From contig OZ245838.1 of the NCBI GenBank assembly GCA_965228735.1, positions 352,001 to 416,000 of the forward strand: a stretch of DNA of 64,000 nt. Direction: 5' to 3'. Positions 48,510-57,578 of this stretch are shown here, piece after piece (positions within the stretch are counted from its first letter, which is position 1; each line of letters begins with the position of its first letter). The DNA comes from Planctomycetota bacterium. GTDB lineage: Bacteria > Planctomycetota > UBA1135 > UBA2386. Position numbers and translations under genes: made by a program. The notes below the pieces were generated by a model. The model was not told the DNA's origin. It made no database searches and saw only the letters and a list, made by a program, of their open reading frames with translations.

Positions 48510-49427
48510 TCAACGCGGCCGGGTCAGAGCCTTGGCGAGCCAGGCTCGGGCATCTTCGACGTACTCGGCCGGCAGCCGATGGCCGCTGTCGTAGAACACG
48601 AGCCGCTTCTTCTCGCCCGGGATCCGGTCGTGGACCCGCTGTGCTGCTGCAACCGTGCATGCCGGGTCGCTGCGCCCCATCAGCATGAGAAAGGGGCGGT
48701 CACCGAGCGCGTGCGCGAAGTTGCGCGACTCGAGCAGCGGTCCGCCGCCGGCTTCATCGATGTGGCTGATCGAGGTCACGCACGCGACCGTCACCTGGAT
48801 GCGGTGATCCAGCGCAGCCAGCGGGAACGCCTCGATGCCGCCCATGCTGTAGCCGATCAGGCCGATGCGCGTCGCGTCGATGTCCGGCCGGGTCTGCAGG
48901 TAGTCCACGGCGCGGCGGCAGTCGACGACCGACTGCACGATCATGTCGCGCACGCGGTTCATCCAGCCGCGCTCGAACTCGTTGTCATGCGTGCGCTCGC
49001 CGTGGTACTCGGCGTCCGGCGTGAAGACCGCGAACCCATCGCGGAGCAGCGCCGTGGTGAGCGCACCGCCGCGCGCGAAGCTGTCGTCGTCCCACCAGGA
49101 AGACTTGTCGGCGCCGATGCCGTGCAGGGCGAGCACGCACGGGTGCGTTGCTTGCCCGTCCTTCGGGATGCCGAGGTAGCCGACGACCCAGCGGTCGCGC
49201 GCGCGGAAGACGATCTTCTCGCGCGTGCATCCGGGCAGCTCCTCGCGGTCCACGACCCGCGCCTGGAGCGGGATCTCACGGTCGTAGTCGTAGAGCGACG
49301 CCACCACGCCGAAGGCTTCCTTGCCGACAGGAACGGGCGCATCCTGGCCGTGGACGACCGAACCGGTGACGGTCGCGAGGAGGATGGGAAGCAGTCTGGT
49401 CCGCTGTCGGGGGCGTTCGAGGGTCAT
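48510..49427 (-). CDS. Secreted alpha/beta hydrolase (dienelactone hydrolase/acetyl esterase-like)
   Basis: LALHG, GYSMGG, GRSD and YDSGH motifs. Confidence 0.85.
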   Translation of the reverse strand: MTLERPRQRTRLLPILLATVTGSVVHGQDAPVPVGKEAFGVVASLYDYDREIPLQARVVDREELPGCTREKIVFRARDRWVVGYLGIPKDGQATHPCVLALHGIGADKSSWWDDDSFARGGALTTALLRDGFAVFTPDAEYHGERTHDNEFERGWMNRVRDMIVQSVVDCRRAVDYLQTRPDIDATRIGLIGYSMGGIEAFPLAALDHRIQVTVACVTSISHIDEAGGGPLLESRNFAHALGDRPFLMLMGRSDPACTVAAAQRVHDRIPGEKKRLVFYDSGHRLPAEYVEDARAWLAKALTRPR

Positions 49428-49582
49428 GGTCTCGGGCTCTCGTTCCTTCGGTTCCAATTGCACCATTGTGGCGGAGCCGACGCGGGACCGCGAGCGCGAG
49501 TTCGATCGGCGCAACGTTGCCGGCTGGCGGGCCAGCGCGGTGCGGTAGCCATTCTCCGAGCCGGCGCTACCCTCGTTCGGCC

Positions 49583-50464
49583 ATGACCGAGTTCCTCGAG
49601 ATCACTCCGACCGTCCACGACCTCGGTGAGTTCCGTGTGCGCCGAGTGCTGCCGTCGAAGAGGCGTCGCATGGTCGGCCCGTTCATCTTCGTCGACGAGT
49701 TCGGCCCCGCGCAGCTGGCGGTCGGTTCGGGTATGGACGTCCGGCCGCATCCGCACATCAACCTCGCGACGGTCACGTATCTGTTCGAGGGCGCGATCCA
49801 TCACCGCGACAGCCTCGGCTCGAGCGCGGTGATCCGGCCGGGCGCGGTCAACCTCATGACGGCAGGTGCCGGCATCGTCCACAGCGAGCGGTCGCCGCAG
49901 GACGAGCGCGACGAGGGTCCGAGGCTCTATGGCATGCAGACATGGCTCGCGCTGCCCGACGGCAAGGAGGAGATCGAGCCGGCCTTCGATCACGTGCCGG
50001 GCGAGCAGTTGCCGCTGGTCGACGGTGATCGCGCCACGGCCCGGGTCCTGATGGGCACGCTGTGGGGCGCGACGGCGAGCACACCGCAGCACAGCCCGAC
50101 GATCTACGCGGACATCGTGCTCTCGGGCGGCGGCATGCCGATCGAGAACGAGGCGGACGAGCGCGGCGTGCTCGTCACCGAGGGTGAGGTGAGGCTCGGC
50201 GAAACCCGACTCGAGCCGTTCACGCTCTACGTGCTTGCGCCCGGGCACGCGGCCGAGCTGCGCGGCACGGGCCGAGCGATGCTGCTCGGCGGCCAGGCCT
50301 TCGCCACGAAGCGTCACGTCTGGTGGAACTTCGTTTCGTCGAGTCGCGAGCGGATCGAGCAGGCCAAGGCCGACTGGCAGGCGCAACGGTTCGCGGTCGT
50401 GCCCGGTGACGAGACGGAACGCATCCCGTTGCCCGAGACGCCGAAGACGAATACCGGCGACTGA
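49583..50464 (+). CDS. Pirin family protein
   Basis: VGPFIFVD, HPHINLATVTYL, MTAGAGIVHSE, QTWLALP and WWNFVSS motifs. Confidence 0.95.
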   Translation: MTEFLEITPTVHDLGEFRVRRVLPSKRRRMVGPFIFVDEFGPAQLAVGSGMDVRPHPHINLATVTYLFEGAIHHRDSLGSSAVIRPGAVNLMTAGAGIVHSERSPQDERDEGPRLYGMQTWLALPDGKEEIEPAFDHVPGEQLPLVDGDRATARVLMGTLWGATASTPQHSPTIYADIVLSGGGMPIENEADERGVLVTEGEVRLGETRLEPFTLYVLAPGHAAELRGTGRAMLLGGQAFATKRHVWWNFVSSSRERIEQAKADWQAQRFAVVPGDETERIPLPETPKTNTGD

Positions 50465-50504
50465 GCGGCACGCGTCGGGGCGCCGCAGTGTCGCCGGGCA
50501 TGGC

Positions 50505-52199
50505 TCAGCAGCGCGGGCCGCGTTGAATGCGGCGCGACAGCCGGTCGATCCCGACCGTGAGCAGCACGATGGCGAGGAGGAACGTGGCCGCGCGGCCCAT
50601 GGCACCGTGCGCCAGCGAGGCGCGGAACAGATGACCGATGCCCGGGGCGCCGACGATGCCGAGCACGACGCCGGTGCGGACGTTGGATTCGAACTGGAAC
50701 AGCGCGTAGGTCCGCCAGTCCGTTCGGCTCAGCGGGAACGCGCCGTAGAGGAACGTCGTCAGGCGACTCGGCGCGTTCACGTGCTCGAGGCGTTGATACG
50801 CTACGTTGTCGACGGTCTCCGTGAACACGCGTGCGAGCAGGCCAGTGCTGTGCAGCACGAGCGCGAACAGCGCGGCTTCGATGCCCGTGAGGAAGAACAG
50901 GGCGAAGATCCAGACCCATGCGACCTCGGGCACGCCGCGCAGGACCACGGCGAGTGCGCGCGTGACCGTGACGAGCACGGTGCGCCACGCTCGCAAGAGG
51001 AGCGGGCGATGCTCGGGGGCGAAGCGTTGCGAGTGGAGTTGGAACGAGGCCGAGCCCCACCAGGCCATCGCGGCAGCCAAGGCGCACGCGAGCAAAGTGG
51101 CGAGCACTCCCAGGGCGATCGGCACGATCAGGCCATGGAGCGCTTCACCGAGGGTCGCGAGGCCGAAGTCCGGGACGAGAAGCTGGCCGAAGTGCTCGCG
51201 CAGGTACCGCAGATCGAGGCGTCCGAGTTCTTCGCCGAGGCGCAGGATCGGCTGTCGGATCCGATAGAGGCTCAGTCCGATGACTGCCGCGATGGCGCAG
51301 CCGGCGAGCAGGCGACCGCGGCGGGCCTGGGCGAGCGAGCTCGTGCGTTCGCGGCGCAGCAGCCGTCGCAGCAAGTTGCTCAGGATGTCCGCGCTCATCG
51401 TGACGACGAGCGCTGCGCCGAGCAACGTCACCGCGCGGTCCTTGTTGTCGTAGCTCAGCTCCTGCAGGATCGCGGCACCGAGGCCGCCGCCGCACACCGC
51501 GCCGATGACCGACGCGTTCCGCACGGCGCACTCGAACCGCATGAGCAGGAACGAGAGCATGCCGCGGCCCGCGAGCGGTTGAGTGCTGTAGAGCAGGACG
51601 TGCAGCCGGCCCGCGCCGGTGGAGCGGAGCATCTCACCGTTTGCCCGCGGCACGCCGTCCCAGAGCTCACTGAAGATCTTGCCGAGGATGCCCGCGACGT
51701 GGACGGCGATCGCGAGCACCGCGGTGATCGCGTTGGGGCCGAAGATCGTGAGCAGCACGAGCGCCCAGGCGAAGTCCGGGACGCCGCGGAGCGCGTCGAG
51801 GACGAACCTCGCGACCTCGCGAATGGCGACCCGCAGCCCGTGACCCAGTCCGCGCCCCAATCCGCGCCGGCGGGCGTCGCCTTCGTCCAGGACCGCCGCG
51901 CTCGCCAGCACGGCGAGGGGGTAGGCGAGCACGAGTCCGAGACCGACGCCGAGCACGGCAATGGCGAGCGTCTCGGCCGCGAGCTCGGCAGCGAGCCCGA
52001 GCGTGCGGGCCGACAGGTCCGGCGCCGCGAAACCCTGCAAGAACGACAGCAGCCGCGTCCAGGCCGACTGCCAGCCCTCGGTCGTCGCGAGATGGCTGAG
52101 GTCCCACGGCAGCGCGACGAAGCTCAGTGCGATCGCACCGAGCAGCGCGAGCCAGAGCCAGCTGACGCGCGGCGAACGCACGGGCGGGACGCTGCTCAA
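50505..52199 (-). CDS. phnE: ABC transporter permease with two fused PhnE-like domains
   Basis: Two repeats: RGVPDFAWA..RFECAVRNASVIGAV and RGVPEVAWV..QFESNVRTGVVLGIVG. Confidence 0.85.
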   Translation of the reverse strand: MSSVPPVRSPRVSWLWLALLGAIALSFVALPWDLSHLATTEGWQSAWTRLLSFLQGFAAPDLSARTLGLAAELAAETLAIAVLGVGLGLVLAYPLAVLASAAVLDEGDARRRGLGRGLGHGLRVAIREVARFVLDALRGVPDFAWALVLLTIFGPNAITAVLAIAVHVAGILGKIFSELWDGVPRANGEMLRSTGAGRLHVLLYSTQPLAGRGMLSFLLMRFECAVRNASVIGAVCGGGLGAAILQELSYDNKDRAVTLLGAALVVTMSADILSNLLRRLLRRERTSSLAQARRGRLLAGCAIAAVIGLSLYRIRQPILRLGEELGRLDLRYLREHFGQLLVPDFGLATLGEALHGLIVPIALGVLATLLACALAAAMAWWGSASFQLHSQRFAPEHRPLLLRAWRTVLVTVTRALAVVLRGVPEVAWVWIFALFFLTGIEAALFALVLHSTGLLARVFTETVDNVAYQRLEHVNAPSRLTTFLYGAFPLSRTDWRTYALFQFESNVRTGVVLGIVGAPGIGHLFRASLAHGAMGRAATFLLAIVLLTVGIDRLSRRIQRGPRC

Positions 52200-52993
52200 G
52201 CCTCCGCGGGCCCCGTGGCGATGGCGTTCTGGGGATCGACGGTCGCGAACTCGGCGCCGTAGACCTCGCGCAGGATCGCCTCGTCGACCGCGCTCGGTTC
52301 GCCCTGCCAGTGCAGGTGGCCGGATCGGAGGGCGACGACGCGATCGAACCCGCGGTCCAGGAGGTCGAGGCTGTGCAGGCTGACGAGCAGCGTCGCACGA
52401 CGTTTCGTCGCCAGATTCAGCAACAGGTCGACGACCTGTTGTCCGAGCCGGATGTCGAGCGCGCTGATCGGCTCGTCCGCGAGAATGGCGTCGGGTTCCT
52501 GCACGACGAGCCGGGCGATCGCGACGCGTTGCCGTTCACCGCCCGACAGCTCGTCCGGGAGCGCCCAGAGTCGTTCCTCGAGCTCGACGTGACGCAGCGC
52601 CGCGCGCGCGCGGTCGAGGTCGCCGGGAAAGAGCAGGTTCCACGCGGCGCGGAACGTCGAGATGTGCCCGAGCCGCCCCATGAGCACGTTGTGCGCGACG
52701 CGCAGCGGCGCGATGAGGTTGTCCTGCTGCCGCAGGAATCCGACGCGCCGCCGCAGGTGCCGCAGCGCGCGACCGCCGAGCTGGCTCGCGTCCTCGCCGA
52801 GCGTGCGCACGGTGCCCGAGTCGGGCCAGAGGCTGGCGCCGAGCAGCCGCAGCAGTGTCGTCTTGCCTGAGCCCGAGGGGCCGATGAGCGCCACCTTCTC
52901 ACCGGCTTCGATGCGCAGATCGATGCCGTCGAGGATCGCGCGGCCGCCGGCGTGCACGGTCGCGCCGCGCAACACGAGGGTCGGCGACGCCAC
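52196..52993 (-). CDS. phnC: PhnC-like ABC ATPase
   Basis: GPSGSGKTT, NVLMGRLG, LSGGERQRVAIAR, ADEPISALD and SLH motifs. GTG 52993 overlaps the upstream stop. Confidence 0.88.
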   Translation of the reverse strand: MASPTLVLRGATVHAGGRAILDGIDLRIEAGEKVALIGPSGSGKTTLLRLLGASLWPDSGTVRTLGEDASQLGGRALRHLRRRVGFLRQQDNLIAPLRVAHNVLMGRLGHISTFRAAWNLLFPGDLDRARAALRHVELEERLWALPDELSGGERQRVAIARLVVQEPDAILADEPISALDIRLGQQVVDLLLNLATKRRATLLVSLHSLDLLDRGFDRVVALRSGHLHWQGEPSAVDEAILREVYGAEFATVDPQNAIATGPAEA

Positions 52994-53892
52994 TACTTGA
53001 GCAGCCCCTTTGACTGGAGCCCCGATACGACGTCGCGGATCATCTGCCACTGCGACGACTCGGCCGCCACGAACTTCTCGGCCTTGAACGCGGCGAGCAT
53101 CGCCGCGTGCTCCGGCTTGCCGGGATCGAGCTTCGTGAACGCCGCCTGGATCCTGCCGATCAGATCACTGCCGAGGCTCTCACGCGCGACCATGCAGTAG
53201 TCGACGTAGGTCGGGGTCTCGTAGATCTTGACCGCCTGCTGCTTCTTCTCGGCGCTCGCGAGCTCGTACGTCGTGTAGTTGACCGCGCCGACGTCGACGC
53301 GGCCGTCCGCCACCATGTCGAGCGTGAGCGTGTGGTTGTCCTGGTTCTTCGCGCCGCCCTTCACGCCGTTCTCCGGGTCGATGCCGGCCGCCGCCATGAA
53401 GTGACGCGGCATGATGTGACCCGACGTCGAGCGCAGGTTGCCGAACGTGAACGTCAGGTCCTCGAGCTTGGGTGCGAGATCCTCGAGGCTGTCGACCTGA
53501 CCGACTCGGCCCGCGTCCACGACGGCGCGGTTGGCGATGAAGTAGGTCTTGAACTGCAGATCCTTCGCGCGCGTGGCGATCATCCGGGCCTCGCCGGCGC
53601 ACGCGTCGACGGCGTCGACGCCGGTCACGCCGCCGAACCACCCGAGGTCGATCTTGTTGCTGCCCATCATCGCGACCGCGGCGTCGTAGTTCGTCGCGTT
53701 GATGTACTCGACCTTCATCCCGAGCTCGTTGCCGAGGTAGTCCTCCACGGCCCGGGCCAGTGCGTCGATCTCGGTGCCCTTGCTGTCGGGAATGCCGGAC
53801 ACGCGGAGAACGGCGTCGGCTTCGGCATCGGCGCCGCAGGCGACGAGACCGAGGAGCACGGCCATCGCGGCCGGGGTGGCGAGCTTGATCAT
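52993..53892 (-). CDS. phnD: PhnD-family substrate-binding lipoprotein resembling the putative selenate-binding clade
   Basis: LVAC lipobox. SGIPD, DLGWFGG, FKTYFIAN, FTFG..STSGHIMP and TPTYVDY motifs. Confidence 0.82.
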   Translation of the reverse strand: MIKLATPAAMAVLLGLVACGADAEADAVLRVSGIPDSKGTEIDALARAVEDYLGNELGMKVEYINATNYDAAVAMMGSNKIDLGWFGGVTGVDAVDACAGEARMIATRAKDLQFKTYFIANRAVVDAGRVGQVDSLEDLAPKLEDLTFTFGNLRSTSGHIMPRHFMAAAGIDPENGVKGGAKNQDNHTLTLDMVADGRVDVGAVNYTTYELASAEKKQQAVKIYETPTYVDYCMVARESLGSDLIGRIQAAFTKLDPGKPEHAAMLAAFKAEKFVAAESSQWQMIRDVVSGLQSKGLLK

Positions 53893-53956
53893 CGCGGGCA
53901 GTAGAGCGGATCGCCCGCGGGAGCGCACGATGGTGCTCGGTTTGTTCCAGGGGCGA

Positions 53957-56038
53957 CTACTTCTGGTGGACGAGCCAGACGAAGCCCGCGTTGGCGCTCG
54001 TCATGAACGTCTGCTTCTCGGTCTCGAGCGCGTCGAGTCGCTCGTCGTCGTCCTTCGCGACGGCCTGCTCGTAACGCGGTTGCCAGTCACGATGCCGCGC
54101 GCGGGCGTCGTCGATGCCCAGTCCTTGCCCGGGTCGGTGCACGACGAACGTGTCGCCGAGCAAGAGGTCGAGCTTGCCGTCATCGTCGACGTCCGCGACC
54201 CAGACCCGCGTCGAGTTCTGCGGCGTTCGAACGTGGGAGTCGCCGAACCGCAGCTCGAAGTCGTCGTCGAAGCCGCGCGGCTCGACGAGCGTCTCGCGAG
54301 GATCGAATCGCGGCGCGATCGCGCTCCCCACGTTGCGGAACAGGAACGCGCCGCCGGCCATCGACCCGCTCACGAGGTCCTGGTCGCCGTCGCCGTCCCA
54401 GTCGACGAAGCACGGGTCGCTGTGGCGGTCGACCATGAGCGGTGCGCCGTTCCGCTCGAGCCACGTGCTCGTCGTGGCGAAGCCGCCGTCCGCCTGGCCG
54501 CGAAACAGCGCGAACGATCCGTGCATGTTGCCAGCGACGATGTCGAGGTGCCCGTCGCCGTTCAGGTCGACGGCGAACGCGCGGGTCGCGAAGCGATAGA
54601 GGTCGGGATCGCGGCCGGACCCCGGCGTGATCCGCAGCGGCTGGCCATCGACGCCGGTCACCGCCTCGGGTGCTGCGAACGTGCCGTCCGCGCGCCGGTG
54701 CAGCGCGTAGAACAAGCCCGCGTTGGGCGCCTCGTCACACGCATACGAGCCGGACAGCAGGTCGGCGCGACCGTCCCCGTCGAGATCCACGAACTGTGGA
54801 GTCGAGCTCGTGCATCAAAAGACGCCCGGGATCTCGGCGGGTCGGCCGTCGGCCTGGAGCCAGTGACCGGCGCCGAACGAGCCGTCCGGCTGGCGTGGAT
54901 ACACGCGAACGCGGCCATCCTTGAACTGGCCGACGACGAGGTCCGCGCGGCCGTCCGCGTCGACGTCGTGCAGGCAGGGCGCGGCGTAGCCCGGGTGGGG
55001 GACCCGAACCGGCTGTCCGCCCGCCATCACGCGGACCGGCGCGGCGAACGAAGTCCGCTTCGCGGTCGGGCGAACCGCCGTCACGACCCAGCGGCCGTCC
55101 GCGTCGGTGCGCATCGTGATCGCGACGGTGGGTGACGTTGCGAAAACGGTGCCGTCCTTCTCCTCCCGCAGCTCGAAGTCGGCGATCGTAGTCGCGGTCG
55201 GCGTCGCCGGCAGCTTCGCCGCAGCCAACTCCGGCGCGAGGAACGGGGTCACGATGCGGGTGTCCTCGCCGGCGCGGGCGCGCAGGAAGCCGCCCAGGAC
55301 CTGCCGGGCCGCGAACGTTCGGCCCGTCGACGCGCTCGCGCGGAACGCCATCGCGTGCTGCCACGGCAGGTCGTCGCACTCCTCCGCGGGCGCGAACCCA
55401 TGCGTCGCCATCTCCCGAATGACCTGCGCCTTGGTCATCATGTGCTCGGGCTTGATCGGCACCTCGGGATCCTCGGCGCGGAACTCGACGAGGACGACGC
55501 GCCCCTTCGGCTTCAGCGCGCGCCGCACGCGCTGCATCACCCGTACGGGGTGCGACAGCTCGTGGTAGACGTCGACCATGAGCACGAGGTCGCACGACGC
55601 CGCCGCGAGCTTCGGGTCGTCGACGGTCGCCTCGATGTAGTCGAGGTTGTCGAGGTCGCGATCCTGCGCGCGCCGCTTCAGCATCGTGAGCATCTGCGGC
55701 TGCAGATCGACGGCGAGCACCCGGCCGTCGTTGCCGACGGACTCGGCGAGCGGCAGCGTGTGGTAGCCGTTCCCGCAGCCGAGATCGCAGACGGCCTGGC
55801 CGGGTTGCACCGCGAGCCAGCGTCGCAGCAGCACGCCATTCTCCTCGTCCTCGCGCGTCTTGCGCATGAGCCAGCCGGCGCCGCTCCAGTGCATCGTGTG
55901 CGCGACTTCGCGACCGAGATACGATCGGCGACCGGTCTCGGTCGCCTCCGGGTCCTGGGGCGGGCGCGGCTCCTGCTGCGATCGTGCTGGTGGCAGGAAC
56001 AGCAGCATCGCGAGGCTCGCGCTCAGCGTCGGCAGCAT
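53957..56038 (-). CDS. Secreted class I SAM methyltransferase-FG-GAP propeller fusion with in-frame UGA at codon 408 (candidate selenoprotein, 693 aa)
   Basis: The ORF-track ORFs 56170-54815 and 54790-53957 are in the same frame and separated only by TGA (PGVF*CTSSTPQFVDLDGDG). DLGCGNG MTase motif. One FG-GAP repeat lies before the TGA and four after it. Confidence 0.75.
54780..54805 (-). promoter_or_regulatory. Putative bacterial SECIS element
   Basis: At +10 to +35 after the UGA the mRNA reads UCGA-C-UCCAC-[AGUUC]-GUGGA-UC-UCGA. The loop starts at +20 and has G at its second position, followed by U. Confidence 0.6.
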
Positions 56039-56120
56039 GATGCTGGCAGGATATGGCGGGACGGCGCGGCGATGAAGGGGCACTGGTGCCCGGCGAGGGG
56101 TCGCGATTCTTCGCGACCGG

Positions 56121-57578
56121 TCACTCCTCGCTCGTCGATGCCGGCACCGCGTCGGCCGGCAGACCGCCACCGAGCGCCTTGAACAGCGCGATGAGATTGC
56201 TCGCGATCGCGGCGTCGCTGGCCGCGAGGTCGTCCTCGATCGTGGCGGCGCTGCGCTCGGAGTCGAGCACGGCCTGGAAGTCGCTGAGGCCCTCGCGGTA
56301 CTGCGTCTGGGCGAGCTCGACGGCGCGTCGGGCCTGGTTCGCCGCCGTCACGAGCGCGGCGCGGCGGGCGCGTTCGCGGACGAACGCGGTGATCGCGTTC
56401 TCGGTCTCTTCGATCGCGAGCAGCACGGCCTGTTCGTAGGCGATCTGCGCGGCCTCGGCGTTGGCCTCGAGGGCCTGGATGCGGTGCTTGAGCCGGCCGC
56501 CGTCGAACAGGTTCCAGCGCACGGACGGGCCGAACCCGCGTTGATCGCTGCTCTGGTCGAACACGTCCTTGGCGCTGTTCGCGGCCAGGCCGAGTTGCCC
56601 CGATAGCACGAACGCCGGATAGCGCTCGGCCTCGGCGACGCCGATGCGGGCGACCTCGGCGGCGAACGCGCGCTCGGCGCGACGCACGTCGGGACGGCGG
56701 CGGAGCAGGTCCGCGGGGGCGCCGATGGCGACGTCGGCGGTGACCTGCGGCATCCTCACGTTCTCGCCGTTGCCGAGCGCGGCCGGCAGGTCGGCGGGTG
56801 CGCGACCGAGGAGCACAGCGATGCGGTGCTCGGCGATCGCCGCGGCGGCTTCGAGCTGCGGCAGGCGCGATCGCGTCGTCTCGACGTTGGTGCTCGCTTG
56901 CGCGACGTCGCGCTCGCCGACGAGCCCGGCCGCGAGCCGGGCGCTGACGAGGTCCATCGTCTGCTGCTGCAGTCGCAGGTTCTCGTTCGCGATCGCGAGT
57001 CGGCGTTGGGCGGCGCGCAGGTCGACGTAGGCGCGGGCCACCTCGGCGGCAATGCTCAGCGCGACGGACTGCAGATCGAGCACGTTCGCCGCGAGTTCGG
57101 CATCGGCCGCCTCGACGGAGCGGCGAACGCGCCCCCAGAGGTCGAGCTCCCACGCCGCGTCGAAGCTCACGGAGTGGATATCGGTGCGCGGAATGAACGC
57201 GCCGAACGGCGTGTTGCGGCTCTCCTTGCGGTAGGTGTAGCTGCCGTTGCCGTCGAGCTGCGGCCAGAAGTCCGCGGCGGCGATGCCGCGTTCGGAGCGC
57301 GCGGCCGCGATGCGGGCGAGTCCCGCGCGCAGGTCGAGGTTCTGCTGCAGCGCGGTCTCGACGAGCTCGCCGAGGACCGGATCGTCGAACGCGCGCCACC
57401 AGGCGTCGTCGCTGACCGAGCCGTTCGTGAGACCGGCGGCCGATTCACTGCGCCAGTCCGATGGCAGTTCGAGCTCGGGCCGTTCGTAGTCGGGGCCGAC
57501 GGTGCATGCAGCCGTCAGTCCGGCGAGCAGTGCGGCGGCCCGCACGCGGGGTCGTCGTGGATTCGAGACAGGTGACAT
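56121..57578 (-). CDS. RND efflux outer-membrane lipoprotein (NodT/OprM family)
   Basis: ACTVGPDYERP, WWRAFDDP, WELDLWGR, DLLRRRPDV and LFKALGGG motifs. Confidence 0.95.
   Translation of the reverse strand: MSPVSNPRRPRVRAAALLAGLTAACTVGPDYERPELELPSDWRSESAAGLTNGSVSDDAWWRAFDDPVLGELVETALQQNLDLRAGLARIAAARSERGIAAADFWPQLDGNGSYTYRKESRNTPFGAFIPRTDIHSVSFDAAWELDLWGRVRRSVEAADAELAANVLDLQSVALSIAAEVARAYVDLRAAQRRLAIANENLRLQQQTMDLVSARLAAGLVGERDVAQASTNVETTRSRLPQLEAAAAIAEHRIAVLLGRAPADLPAALGNGENVRMPQVTADVAIGAPADLLRRRPDVRRAERAFAAEVARIGVAEAERYPAFVLSGQLGLAANSAKDVFDQSSDQRGFGPSVRWNLFDGGRLKHRIQALEANAEAAQIAYEQAVLLAIEETENAITAFVRERARRAALVTAANQARRAVELAQTQYREGLSDFQAVLDSERSAATIEDDLAASDAAIASNLIALFKALGGGLPADAVPASTSEE

Noticed and set aside
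54735..54815. ATG overlapping the TGA (TGATG) as a coupled restart
   Set aside because: That ATG is in another frame and gives only a 26-aa peptide unrelated to the FG-GAP repeats.
54815..54817. Genome-wide UGA reassignment (Trp or Gly) as the explanation for the in-frame TGA
   Set aside because: TGA is the normal stop for many genes here (607, 1368, 9425, 12350) and Trp is encoded by TGG.
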